Shown here: piece by piece, positions 35,409 to 51,700 of the stretch
How positions within the stretch are numbered: position 1 is the first letter of the stretch
How the letters are laid out: each line of letters opens with the position of its first letter
Origin: Eledone cirrhosa
Taxonomy: Eukaryota
DNA length: 64,000 nucleotides
Direction: 5' to 3'
Assembly: GCA_964016885.1 (NCBI GenBank)
Contig: OZ024742.1
Location: 375,100,001 to 375,164,000, forward strand
Made by a program: the position numbers and the translations under genes
Notes under the pieces: model-generated
Seen by the model: the letters and a program-made list of their open reading frames with translations, nothing else
The model's database searches: none
What the model was told of the DNA's origin: nothing

Positions 35409-38400
35409 AGGAGAACATGATATGAAGGCTAAAAAAACACTTGTTGATAGTGCAGTTTTAAATCAACATATGAAAAGTGGTTTTAGATTGATGTGTGATA
35501 TTGGGAAAAATATTTTATTTAGAGAGGGGGGGAGAGAAAAGGATGAAAAGGGAAGGAGATGAGAGGGAGAGATGGGTGATAGAGAGAAAGAGATAGTTTT
35601 TATAACAGAGAGGAGATATATTTTATATAGAGGGGTTGAAAGCCGTTGGAAGATACTGTATAAATTAAAAATTTTTGAAAATTAACGAAGGGAGGATATG
35701 TGCGAGGAAAAAATATATTATATTTAGGGAGGGGTGGGGGTGGAAAGGATGAAAAAAAGGGGAGGAGATGAGAGTGAAGGTGGAAAGGGAGAGATGGGTG
35801 ATAGAGAGAAAGAGATAGTTTTTATAACTGAGAAAAAGATATAATGTTTTAATATAGAAAGGTTGGGAACCGTTGGAAGATAATGTATAAATTAAAGGAA
35901 TTTGAAAATTAACGAAGGGAAATTATGTATGGAGATAGAGAGAAAAAAAAATAACGAAGGGAGATTATGTATGGAGAAAGAGAGAAAAAAAAAAAAAAAT
36001 AATAATTGTGGGTGAATATTCAAAAGGAGAAATGTAGGAATCTTAAAATTAGTAAAGAGAAAATGTTTATGTATAGGATTTGAGAAAAATAATGTGAAGT
36101 TAAAGTTTTTATATTGAATTCATATGTATTAATAATGAGTTCGTTGATGGGGAGAAAAAAATAATAATAAATTAAGGATGAAATTGAGATTAAAAAGATT
36201 TATGATAGAGAGAAAAAATAATAATGATTGCGGATGAATACTCAAAATGTCAAAAACAAATGTTATTGTTTTACGAAGAGATATAATGAGGGTGATGAGT
36301 AAACGGGTATTATAGAGTGTATAATGCCCTTTAAAGTAAGGTAGATGGGTATATTTTAAAGAATATATGAGTATATATTAAAAAAAATATATAATAATAA
36401 ATTAAGGATGAAATTGAGATTAAAAAGATTTATGATAGAGGGAAAAAAAAATAATAATGATTGCGGATGAATATTCAAAATGTCAAAAACAAATGTTATT
36501 GTTTTACGAGAAGATAGGATGAGGTAAATGAATAAACGAGTACTATAGAGTGTATAATGCCCTTTAAAGTAAGGTAGATGGGTATATTTTAAAGAGGTGT
36601 ATGTATATGTGCCTTTGAGAAAAGATTCTAAATTGATAAAGAATTGAATATTAACTGTATACTTTGTGAAAAGTTCTATGGAATTTATGGAGGCAGATGG
36701 AAAACAAATCCGAGCGTCTATTTATTATGGATTCTAGGTTAGAGATAATGGTAAATTTTTCATTTAGGCAGAGATTACAGATTTTAGATAGAGAACTGTT
36801 CAAGTACGAGGATGCAGAAGAAATCTTTTTCCAAAAGATGTTATATTTAATGTTTTTGTCTTTTAAGGACCATATGAGTTCTGAGAGAGCAGTGTTAGTT
36901 CTTTTAAGTTTGTATTTGAAAGATGAATGATGATTATAGAGACGAGCTTTAAAAGAGGTGGAAGTGGAGCCAAAATAGGTGAAGGAGTTGGTGCTAGTTA
37001 TAATTTTACATTCATAAATTAAGTTTTTATCGAGGCAATGGTTGTTGAGAGGACATTTATTTTTAATGCGGCAGTTGCAATTAGAGAGATTATTAATGAG
37101 TGATCTAGTGTTATCTATAGAAGGAATTGGATTGGAGAAGTTGTTTGCGATAGGAATAATAGGAATAATAGTTTCTTGATTTAGAGTTGGATTATGAACA
37201 TTTAGCGAAGTTGTGTTTGACGTTGCATTTGGGTTTACAGAAGTTAGCCTAGGGTTTACAATGACGTCAGGAGTACTATTATTGTTATTATGAGATTCAA
37301 TATTGGAAGGAAGAGATTTAGTATTTAATATTTTGTTGTTGTGTTTAGAAATGATGTTGGAAATATTGGAGGATGTAGAATACGAAAATTTAATGGTGTG
37401 TTTGTTAAATATTTTACTATAGATATGTGAGGGAGGGAAGCATTTATTTAAGGCACTAAAAAATAATTTAGGAATATTGTTATTAATAGAGATGGAGAAA
37501 GGAGCATTATACCAGATTATGTTTTTGTATCTAGGTCTTTTATTAAAATTATTGGAATGGTTATGATTAAATATTCTACTGTGAGTTTTCCTAGAATTTG
37601 TTTCTTTATTATATTTGATTTTATCTGGATAGCCAGCTTTAGAAAGTGCGTTATTATAGTAATAGTTTCTAAAGCTGGCTATCCAGATAAAATCAAATAT
37701 AATAAAGAAACAAATTCTAGGAAAACTCACAGTAGAATATTTAATCATAACCATTCCAATAATTTTAATAAAAGACCTAGATACAAAAACATAATCTGGT
37801 ATAATGCTCCTTTCTCCATCTCTATTAATAACAATATTCCTAAATTATTTTTTAGTGCCTTAAATAAATGCTTCCCTCCCTCACATATCTATAGTAAAAT
37901 ATTTAACAAACACACCATTAAATTTTCGTATTCTACATCCTCCAATATTTCCAACATCATTTCTAAACACAACAACAAAATATTAAATACTAAATCTCTT
38001 CCTTCCAATATTGAATCTCATAATAACAATAATAGTACTCCTGACGTCATTGTAAACCCTAGGCTAACTTCTGTAAACCCAAATGCAACGTCAAACACAA
38101 CTTCGCTAAATGTTCATAATCCAACTCTAAATCAAGAAACTATTATTCCTATTATTCCTATCGCAAACAACTTCTCCAATCCAATTCCTTCTATAGATAA
38201 CACTAGATCACTCATTAATAATCTCTCTAATTGCAACTGCCGCATTAAAAATAAATGTCCTCTCAACAACCATTGCCTCGATAAAAACTTAATTTATGAA
38301 TGTAAAATTATAACTAGCACCAACTCCTTCACCTATTTTGGCTCCACTTCCACCTCTTTTAAAGCTCGTCTCTATAATCATCATTCATCTTTCAAATACA

Positions 38401-39900
38401 AACTTAAAAGAACTAACACTGCTCTCTCAGAACTCATATGGTCCTTAAAAGACAAAAACATTAAATATAACATCTTTTGGAAAAAGATTTCTTCTGCATC
38501 CTCGTACTTGAACAGTTCTCTATCTAAAATCTGTAATCTCTGCCTAAATGAAAAATTTACCATTATCTCTAACCTAGAATCCATAATAAATAGACGCTCG
38601 GATTTGTTTTCCATCTGCCTCCATAAATTCCATAGAACTTTTCACAAAGTATACAGTTAATATTCAATTCTTTATCAATTTAGAATCTTTTCTCAAAGGC
38701 ACATATACATACACCTCTTTAAAATATACCCATCTACCTTACTTTAAAGGGCATTATACACTCTATAGTACTCGTTTATTCATTTACCTCATCCTATCTT
38801 CTCGTAAAACAATAACATTTGTTTTTGACATTTTGAATATTCATCCGCAATCATTATTATTTTTTTTCCCTCTATCATAAATCTTTTTAATCTCAATTTC
38901 ATCCTTAATTTATTATTATATATTTTTTTTAATATATACTCATATATTCTTTAAAATATACCCATCTACCTTACTTTAAAGGGCATTATACACTCTATAA
39001 TACCCGTTTACTCATCACCCTCATTATATCTCTTCGTAAAACAATAACATTTGTTTTTGACATTTTGAGTATTCATCCGCAATCATTATTATTTTTTCTC
39101 TCTATCATAAATCTTTTTAATCTCAATTTCATCCTTAATTTATTATTATTTTTTTCTCCCCATCAACGAACTCATTATTAATACATATGAATTCAATATA
39201 AAAACTTTAACTTCACATTATTTTTCTCAAATCCTATACATAAACATTTTCTCTTTACTAATTTTAAGATTCCTACATTTCTCCTTTTGAATATTCACCC
39301 ACAATTATTATTTTTTTTTTTTTCTCTCTATCTCCATACATAATCTCCCTTCGTTATTTTTTTTCTCTCTATCTCCATACATAATTTCCCTTCGTTAATT
39401 TTCAAATTCCTTTAATTTATACATTATCTTCCAACGGTTCCCAACCTCTCTATATTAAAACATTATATCTTTTTCTCAGTTATAAAAACTATCTCTTTCT
39501 CTCTATCACCCATCTCTCCCTTTCCACCTTCACTCTCATCTCCTCCCCTTTTTTTCATCCTTTCCACCCCCACCCCTCCCTAAATATAATATATTTTTTC
39601 CTCGCACATATCCTCCCTTCGTTAATTTTCAAAAATTTTTAATTTATACAGTATCTTCCAACGGCTTTCAACCCCTCTATATAAAATATATCTCCTCTCT
39701 GTTATAAAAAACTATCTCTTTCTCTCTATCACCCATCTCTCCCTCTCATCTCCTTCCCTTTTCATTCCTTTTCTCTCCCCCCTCTCTAAATAAAATATTT
39801 TTCCCAATATCACACATCAATCTAAAACCACTTTTCATATGTTGATTTAAAACTGCACTATCAACAAGTGTTTTTTTTAGCCTTCATATCATGTTCTCCT

Positions 39901-39970
39901 GTTTTATCTGATGAAAACACAAATATTATTGTTTGATGATGTTTGTTTTTTGAAATGCGCATAATAAAAT
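39901..39970 (+). ncRNA. Type I hammerhead ribozyme (right arm)
   Basis: gttttat-CTGATGA-aaacacaaatatta..tgatgtttgtttt-GAAA-tgcgca-TA-ataaaat. Confidence 0.82.
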
Positions 39971-40030
39971 ATATTGAACTCCTTTAACCATCTTTTGATC
40001 TTATATTATATATATATATATATATACGTA

Positions 40031-40138
<108 letters not shown>

Positions 40139-40252
40139 CATATATATACATATATACATATCTACATATATACATATATACATATATACATATATATACA
40201 CATATATACATATATAATACATATATATATACATATATACATATATACATAT

Positions 40253-40283
<31 letters not shown>

Positions 40284-40288
40284 CATAC

Positions 40289-40390
<102 letters not shown>

Positions 40391-40392
40391 TA

Positions 40393-40569
<177 letters not shown>

Positions 40570-40579
40570 CATATATATG

Positions 40580-40617
<38 letters not shown>

Positions 40618-40622
40618 TGTAT

Positions 40623-40888
<266 letters not shown>

Positions 40889-40889
40889 G

Positions 40890-40986
<97 letters not shown>

Positions 40987-40987
40987 T

Positions 40988-41046
<59 letters not shown>

Positions 41047-41047
41047 T

Positions 41048-41293
<246 letters not shown>

Positions 41294-41394
41294 TATTGAA
41301 ATTTCCGTTGGAAACAGAAAAGGTCATAGAAATGAAGAGTGCTCTATGTAAGTATCAGAGCAAAATTTTATGTATAAAAATCAATACAATATAA

Positions 41395-41470
41395 TTACCT
41401 CATTACCAGAGGTTTCCCGAATGAGGCGAATACGAAATAAACGACTTCATTCGTTCGTCAGACGAGGCAA
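41395..41470 (-). ncRNA. Type I hammerhead ribozyme in the inverted pLTR
   Basis: ttgcctcgt-CTGACGA-a-cgaatga/tcattcg-g-GAAA-cc-tct-gg-TA-atgaggtaa; stem I of ~9 bp. Confidence 0.85.
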
Positions 41471-42017
41471 TATAAAACATGGGCAAATACTTAGAAAAAC
41501 ACATCAAGAAAATCAAAAAAAGATATAGATAAATGAAATAGAAATTGAAATATATAAAAATCTATCAAGAAATATAGTTAGGTGTGTGTATATGTATGTA
41601 TATACGCTCCCAGATGTGCATATATGTATATGTGTACATGTACATGTATAGTGAGAAAGTGTGCGTAATTCTAAAATAGGGCAAATGTATCTATATGTCT
41701 GTATTATACAAACAGAAATGGTTACATCGTAAATATACGAATATGAAGGCGCGCGCATAAAACGCCTGGACACTCGTACGCTTAGGTGCGGAAAAAAAGG
41801 AGGTAAGGGAGTGTAATAATTAAAAGAAAAGGGTCAGTCTCGATATATTTATAAAAATATAATAACGATAAATTAGAAAGAAAAAATTAAAGAAAAAAAA
41901 AGGGGGGGGGGGGTATATACATACACAGACACGCGTGTCTCACAAAAGAAATGTAAAAATAATTATGCTTATATAGACACGCGCACTTACACTTCCATAC
42001 GTTCCATTGTTAAAAGA

Positions 42018-44052
42018 ATGAGATGGAAAGCTTTGATTCTCGATGGTCAATTTAACACGGATTCTACGGAATATTTTGACATCAAAACTCACAAATACCC
42101 GCAAAGAGTAAAAGATATGACCGCCTTTGAATTAGACCTAGTTAACCTTATCAACAACATCAATTTTCGTAAGTACTCTAACCCCTTTCAATCTAAATTA
42201 TCTAATGATATTTCTACTTTCAAATCTTCTAATAATAAGTTCATCTTCTCAGATAAAACTAAAAACCTATACGAAGTTAATAATAATTTACACGACCAAC
42301 TATTAATAGATAATATCACCTCTAAATACCAAATAGCTAATATAAATACGTACCATAATATAAATAAGGAAGCTAAAGAATTAGCTGTTTCTTTAAAAAT
42401 AGATAATAGGACAGAAAAACTTGCTAAACGTTCTGCGTATATCACCCTTAAAGATCATAAACCCGACTTTATTAATCGCCCTAGTTGTAGATTAATCAAC
42501 CCTGCTAAGACTGATATTGGTCTTGCCAGCAAAAAAAATTTTAAATAAATTAAATACACACATTAGAAGTAAGTCTAAATTACTCCAATGGATAAATAGC
42601 TCTTCCGTAGTACATTGGTTTAATAATATTAAAAACAAAATCAGTTCTAGATTCACCCAATTTGACATCGTAGATTTCTACCCATCTATTACTCAGACCC
42701 TTTTAGTGAAAGCTTTAAATTTCGCTAGAGGGTTCACTAATATCTCCGATATTGAAGAGGATGTAATCTTGCATGCTAGGAACACTCTACTTTTTAATGA
42801 TAATGACACTTGGGTAAAAATATCTAACCCAGAGAACCCATTCGATGTCTCAATGGGCTCTTATGACAGTGCCGAGGTTTGTGATCTGGTCGGCCTATTC
42901 CTCTTACATACACTTAAAGAAAAATTTCCTAACCATATTTTTGGGCTTTATCGCGATGATGGTCTAATACTTTCCCATACCACCATAGGCCATAACTTAG
43001 ATAGATTAAGGAAAGACTTAATAAAAACCTTCGCTAGTTTTAATCTTAAAATTACTATTGACACTAACCTTTCCAACGTAGATTTCCTAGATATAAACCT
43101 AGATTTGCCTACTGCTTCTTATAAACCATACCATAAACCTAATGAAAACTTAAAATATATAAATAAAGGATCTTGCCATCCACCTATAGTTTTTAAAAAC
43201 CTTATCCCTAATATTAGCCGTAGGATCTCCACCCTCTCTTCCTCAGAAGCTATTTTTAATAAGGCATCCCCCTACTATAATAAAGCCCTCCAAAATAGCG
43301 GCTTTAGCGAACCGATTAAATACATACCTAACTACACTAACTCTATTAAACATAAAAATAGGAAAAGAAAAATAATCTGGTTCACACCCCCCTACTCTCT
43401 AGCAGTTAAAACTAATGTAGGCAAAATATTCCTTGAGCTCCTAGATAAACATTTCCCTAGAACTCATAGATACTATAAGATCTTTAACAGAAACTGTGTT
43501 AAAATTAGCTATTCCTGCGGTCCCCCTATTAAGTCCTATATCCTCAACAAAATATCACCTAGAGAAAATCAAACTTGCTCCTGTAGAATCAAAAGTGAAT
43601 GCCCATTACAAGGTAAATGCAACACCAAAGCCATTGTATATGCGGCTAAAGTGACAACCATCAGCAACAACCATCCAGCCACCAGTGAACGATATGTGGG
43701 TATGACGCAAGACAGATTCAAAACGCGTTATTACTCACATGTCGCATCCTTTCGACATCCAGAAAAAAGATTTACAACAGCTCTGGCTAGCAGAATTTGG
43801 GATTTGAAAGACCAAGGCATCCAATATAAACTAGATTGGTCAATTTTGAACCAATCTAAAAAATATGCTAGAGGAACAAGAAAATGCACGCTCTGCATAA
43901 ATGAAAAATTTTGGATATTGCAAAATCTTAAATCACCAAAGACCTGCCTGAACACAAAGACGGAAATTTTCACCAGTTGCCCACACATGAAATCACACAT
44001 GCTTTCCAGCTCATATAAACTTAACACACTTTCAGATACTTATCCTCCATAA
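42018..44052 (+). pseudogene. Hydra-type PLE RT + GIY-YIG, frameshifted in an A-run at ~42531-42538
   Basis: RMRWKA, FSDKT, ITLKDHK, CRLINPAK, FDIVDFYPSI, DVSMGSYD, GLYRDDGL, DFLDI, CSCRIKSECPL, IVYAA..YVGMT, FKTRYYSH, CTLC, CPH. Confidence 0.9.
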
Positions 44053-44820
44053 ACTCTTATTATTCTCTTTTTAATTACCCTTTCTGACTTACTTTCATTT
44101 TTATCCTTGTCAATAATTTCATTTATTTTCACTTTTATTTATTTTTACTTCACATCCCCCCACCCCCCTTTATTCTCCGATCCACTTCCTATTTTCTATT
44201 TTTTACTTCCCCTTCTTTTACTTCCCTTTTTCCTCCACTAACTGATTACACTTGTCTTTTGTGTTTTTCAATCCAGATATTTTCATTTTTATTTTATTTT
44301 TGCGCAGCCTATCTTACAATTTTATATTTGTACTTATTTATCCACATTTCAATATGGCTGAACGCCTTAATGTGTGTATACTTTTTATATATGTACATGA
44401 GTGACTACGTATGTGCGCGCGCGTGCGTGTGTGTATGTGTGTGTATGTATATGTGTGTGTGTATGTGTATGTGTGTGTGTGTGTACAGGTGTTTGTGTGT
44501 GTGTGTATGTATATATTATGCGTATGTGTACGTGTCTTTATATCCGTGTTTTTGACATCTCGGTTTTATGTTTTGTTCCTTTTATCTCCCCCCCCCCTTC
44601 CCCTTTTTTTACTTACTCAGTTTCATACGTGGGCATGTAAACAGGTTTATATGCGTGAGTATAGGTATGTGTGTGTGTATGTACGTATCGAACGTATGGA
44701 AGTGTAAGTGCGCGTATCTATATAAGCATAATTATTTTTACATTTCTTTTGTGAGACACGCGTGTCTGTGTATGTATATAACCCCCTTTTTTTTTTTTTT
44801 TTTTTTCTAATTTATCGTTA

Positions 44821-45159
44821 TTACTCTATTACTCTTTTACTCTTTTACCTGTTTCAGCCATCCGGCTGAGGCCATGCTGGGGCACTGCCCTTGTTGCTAC
44901 ACATTTTATCTCCAGCCTGTATAGGTTGGCCACTGGTGTAGGAGGGAGTTTGTTGCTGCTGCCCTTAGGTTTCCCTCGTGTCTTGCTGTGGGCTCATCCG
45001 GGATCCTGGATAACAAGGTGTCGAGATGTTTCTTAAAGACATCCACCTCCACGTCATGCAAGTCTCTCAGATGCCTCGGCAGCCTGTTGAAGAGTTGAGG
45101 GCCCTTGAATCCCAGGCTATTGCAATACCTGCTCCTTATTCTAGATGTGGAAGACGGGA
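44821..45159 (-). mobile_element. CR1-group LINE 3' fragment
   Basis: Reverse complement of 33073-33387; tail of GTAAAAGA repeats. Confidence 0.85.
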
Positions 45160-45161
45160 TA

Positions 45162-45221
<60 letters not shown>

Positions 45222-45322
45222 ATGTATATATGTATATGTTATATTATATATGTATATATATATATGTATATATATATATGTATATATATATATGTATATA
45301 TATATATGTATATATATATATG

Positions 45323-45425
<103 letters not shown>

Positions 45426-45445
45426 GTATATATATATATGTAATA

Positions 45446-45526
<81 letters not shown>

Positions 45527-45617
45527 TATAATATATATATATGTATATATTATATGTATATATATATATGTATATATATGTATATATATATGTATATATA
45601 TATGTATATATATATAT

Positions 45618-45659
<42 letters not shown>

Positions 45660-45740
45660 GTATATATATATGTATATATATATATGTATATATATATATG
45701 TATATATATGTATATATATATATGTATATATATATATGTA

Positions 45741-45806
<66 letters not shown>

Positions 45807-45810
45807 TACA

Positions 45811-45843
<33 letters not shown>

Positions 45844-45873
45844 GTATATACATATATATATATATGTATATAC

Positions 45874-45906
<33 letters not shown>

Positions 45907-46089
45907 CATATATGTATATATATATATATATACATATATGTATATATATATATATACATATATGTATATATATATATTATACATATATGTATATATATAT
46001 ATATACATATATGTAATATATATATACATATATGTATATATATATATATATACATATATGTATATATATGTATATATATATATACATAT

Positions 46090-46963
46090 GCGGCAAATTC
46101 CAAGCCCTACAATACAAACCTGCAAACACAAACACAAATATAGCGGAAACACAGCTACACGACCGATATCCCCGTGTCAAAATCGATACGAGACCTGGGC
46201 ATAGACATGAGCGATGATGCATCTTTTTCTTCACACATCATGAAGGTGGCGACAGCATGTAGACGATTCGCTGGCTGGATCTTGAGGACTTTCCTTACAA
46301 GAGATCGAGACACCATGTTGACACTGTGGAGGACTTTTGTCCTAAGCCGCCTGGACTACTGCTCCCAGCTGTGGTCACCCCATAGTGTCAAACTAACCAC
46401 AGAGCTTGAGGCAATCCAGCGAAGCTACACCAAGAGGATTGCCAAGATGAGGGAGACAAGCTACTGGGAGAGGCTGAAGGAACTGAACCTCTACTCCTTG
46501 GAGCGAAGACGGGAGAGATACGCAGTGATCTACATGTGGAAAATCCTGGAGGGACTAGCACCAAACTTTGGCATTGGGAGCTGGACCAACCGTCGAACAG
46601 GACGTCACTGTGTGGTGCCAAAGGTCCCGTCTTCCACATCTAGAATAAGGAGCAGGTATTGCAATAGCCTGGGATTCAAGGGCCCTCAACTCTTCAACAG
46701 GCTGCCGAGGCATCTGCGAGACTTGCATGACGTGGAGGTGGATGTCTTTAAGAAACATCTCGACACCTTGTTATCCAGGATCCCGGATGAGCCCACAGCA
46801 AGACACGAGGGAAACCTAAGGGCAGCAGCAACAAACTCCCTCCTACACCAGTGGCCAACCTATTCAGCTATACAGGCTGGAGATAAAGTGTGTAGCAGCA
46901 AGGGCGGTGCCCCAGCATGGCCTCAGCCGGATGGCTGAAACAGGTAAAAGAGTAAAAGAGTAA
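46090..46963 (+). mobile_element. CR1-group LINE 3' fragment (third copy)
   Basis: Near-identical to 32610-33387 and extended 5' by KFQALQY; GTAAAAGA tail. Confidence 0.87.
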
Positions 46964-47163
46964 ATATATGTATATATATGTATATATATATATACATATA
47001 TGTATATATATATATATACATATATGTATATATATGTATATATATATATGTATATATATGTATATATATATATGTATATATATGTATATATATATATGTA
47101 TATATATGTATATATATATATGTATATATATATATGTATATATATATATGTATATATATATAC

Positions 47164-47214
<51 letters not shown>

Positions 47215-47333
47215 ACTAAGATATATATATATGTATATATATATATGTATATATATATATGTATATATATATATATGTATATATATATATGTACATATAT
47301 ATATGTATATATATATATGTATATATATATATG

Positions 47334-47382
<49 letters not shown>

Positions 47383-47389
47383 GTATATG

Positions 47390-47514
<125 letters not shown>

Positions 47515-47515
47515 T

Positions 47516-47814
<299 letters not shown>

Positions 47815-47822
47815 TGTATACA

Positions 47823-48131
<309 letters not shown>

Positions 48132-48160
48132 GTATATATATATATGTATATATATATATG

Positions 48161-48231
<71 letters not shown>

Positions 48232-48245
48232 GATATATATATATG

Positions 48246-48294
<49 letters not shown>

Positions 48295-48364
48295 GTATAT
48301 ATATATATGATATATATATATGTATATATATATATGTATATATATATATGTATATATATATATG

Positions 48365-48433
<69 letters not shown>

Positions 48434-48504
48434 GTATATATATATATGTATATATATATATGTATATATAATATGTATATATATATATGTATATATAATA
48501 TATG

Positions 48505-48704
48505 NNNNNNNNNNNNNNNNNNNNNNNNNNNNNNNNNNNNNNNNNNNNNNNNNNNNNNNNNNNNNNNNNNNNNNNNNNNNNNNNNNNNNNNNNNNNNNNN
48601 NNNNNNNNNNNNNNNNNNNNNNNNNNNNNNNNNNNNNNNNNNNNNNNNNNNNNNNNNNNNNNNNNNNNNNNNNNNNNNNNNNNNNNNNNNNNNNNNNNNN
48701 NNNN
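48505..48704. other. Assembly gap (200 N)
   Basis: Run of N. Confidence 1.
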
Positions 48705-51700
48705 CACTAGGAATACAGTAATAATATACACTAGGAATACAGTAATATATATACCTAGAAATACAGTAATATATATATACACTAGAAATACAGTAATATA
48801 TATACACTAGAAATCCAGTAATATATATACACTAGAAATACAGTAATATTATATACACCAGAGATACAGGTAATATATACACTAGAAATACAGTAACTAT
48901 ATATACACTAGAATACAGTAATATATATACCCTAGGAATACAGTAATATAATATTACACTAGAATTACAGTAATATATAATACACTAGGAATACAGTAAT
49001 ATATATACACTAGAAACACGTGTAATATATATACACTAGGAATACAGTAATATATATACTAGAAATACACAGTAATATATATACACTAGAAGATACAGTA
49101 ATATATATATACTAGAAATACAGTAATTATACACTAGAAATACAGTAATATATATACACTAGAATACAGTAATATATATACACTTACAAATACACAGTAA
49201 TATATATACACTAGAAAATAAAGTAATAATATATACACTAGAATACAGTAATATATTATACAGTAGTAATACCGTAATATATATACACTAGAAACACAGT
49301 AATATATATACAGCAGAAATACAGTAATATATATATTAGAAATACAGTAATATATATACACTAGAAATACAGTAATATATACACTAGAATACAGTAATAT
49401 ATATACTAGAAATACAGTAATATATATACACTAGAAATACAGTAATATATTACAGCTAGAAATACAGTAATATATACACTAGAAATACAGTAATATATAT
49501 ACACTAGAAATACAGTAATATATATACACTAGGAATACAGTAATATATATACACTAGAGAATACAGTAATATATATACACTAGGAATACAGTAATATATA
49601 TACACTAGAAATACAGTAATATATACTACACTAGGAATACAGTAATATATATACACTAGAATACAGTAATATATATACACTAGGAATACAGTAATATATA
49701 TACACTAGAAATACAGTAATATATATACACCAGAAATACAGTAATATATATACACTAGGAATACAGATATATATATATACTAGGAATACAGTAATATATA
49801 TACACTAGAAATACAGTAATATATATACACGAGAAATACAGTAATATATACACTAGAAATACAGTAATATATATACACTAGAAATACAGTAATATATATA
49901 CACTAGAAATACAGTAATATATATACATTAGAAATACACAGTAATATATATACACTAGAAATACAGTAATATATATATACACTAGAAATACAGTAATATA
50001 TATATACACTAGAAATACAGTAATATATATACACTAGAAATACAGTAATATATATACACTAGAAATACAGTAAAGATATATACACTAGAAATACAGTAAT
50101 ATATATAGACTAGAAATACAGTAATATATTACACTAGAAATACAGTAATATATATACACTAGGAATACAGTAATATATATATCACTAGAAATACATTAAT
50201 ATATATACACTAGAAATACAGTAATATATACAACTAGATATACAGTAATATATACACTAGAATACAGTAATATATATACACTAGAAATACAGTAATATAT
50301 ATACACTAGGAATACAGTAATATATATACACTAGAATACAGATAATATATATACACTAGAAATACAGTAATATATATACACTAGGAATACAGTAAATATT
50401 ATATACACTAGAAATACAGTAATATATATACACTAGGAATACCAGTAATATATATACACTAGAAATACAGTAAGATATATACACTAGAAATACGGTAAAT
50501 ATATACACAGAATACAGTAATATATATACATAGGAATACAGATATATATATACACTAGGAATACAGTAATATATATACACTAGAAATACAGTAATATATA
50601 TACACAGAAATACAGTAATATATACACTAGAAATACAGTAATATATATACACTAGAATACAGTAATATATATATACACTAGAAATACAGTAATATATATA
50701 CACGAGAAATACAGTAATATATACACTAGAAATACAGTAATATATATACACTAGAAATACAGTAATATATACACTAGAAATACAGTAATATATATACACT
50801 AGAATACAGTAATATATATACACTAGAAATACAGTAATATATACACTAGAAATACAGTAGTATATACACTAGAAATACAGTAATATATACACTAGAAATA
50901 CAGTAATATATATACAACTAGAAATACAGTAATATATATACACTAGAAATACAGTAATATATATACACTAGAAATACAGTAATATATATACACTAGAAAT
51001 ACAGTAATATATATACACTAGGAATACAGTAATATATATACACTAGGAATACAGTAATATAATATACACTAGAAATACAGTATTATATATACACTAGAAA
51101 TACAGTAATATATATACACTAGAAATACAGTAATATATATACACTAGAAATACAGTAATATATATACACTAGAAAATACAGTAATATATATTACACTAGA
51201 AATACAGTAATATATATACACTAGAAATACAGTAATATATATACACTAGGAATACAGTAAATATATACACTAGGGAATACAGTAATATATATACACTAGA
51301 AATACAGTATTATATATACACTAGAAAATACAGGTAATATATATACACTAGAAATACAGTAATATATATACACTAGAAATACAGTAAATATATATACACT
51401 AGAAATACAGTAATATATATTACACTAGAAATACAGTAATATATATACACTAGAATACAGTAATATATACACTAGGAATACAGTAATATATATACACTAG
51501 GAATACAGTAATATATATACACTAGAAATACAGTAATATATATACACTAGAAATTCAGTAATATATATACACTAGAAATACAGTAGTATATATACACTAG
51601 GAATACAGTAATATTATACACTAGAAATACAGTAATATATATAATGAGAAATACAGTAATATATATACACTAGAAATACAGTAATATATACACTAGAAAT

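Larger units (their letters stand above)
35301..40010. mobile_element. Near-perfect inverted duplication (~2345-bp arms, 20-nt spacer at 37646-37665) of a 5'-truncated Hydra-type PLE
   Basis: Mirror ORFs 36651-37754(-) and 37557-38660(+) carry NIIWYNAPFS, CNCRIKNKCPL, LIYEC..YFGST, FKARLYNH, CNLC and CLH; the 3' UTRs mirror each other. Confidence 0.93.

Noticed and set aside
37557-37665. Hydrophobic N-terminus of the twin 367-aa ORFs
   Set aside because: It is antisense sequence from the opposite palindrome arm, not a real protein start
42531-42538. Programmed frameshift in the Hydra-type PLE
   Set aside because: It falls inside the conserved RT domain at an A homopolymer; a likely indel or sequencing error
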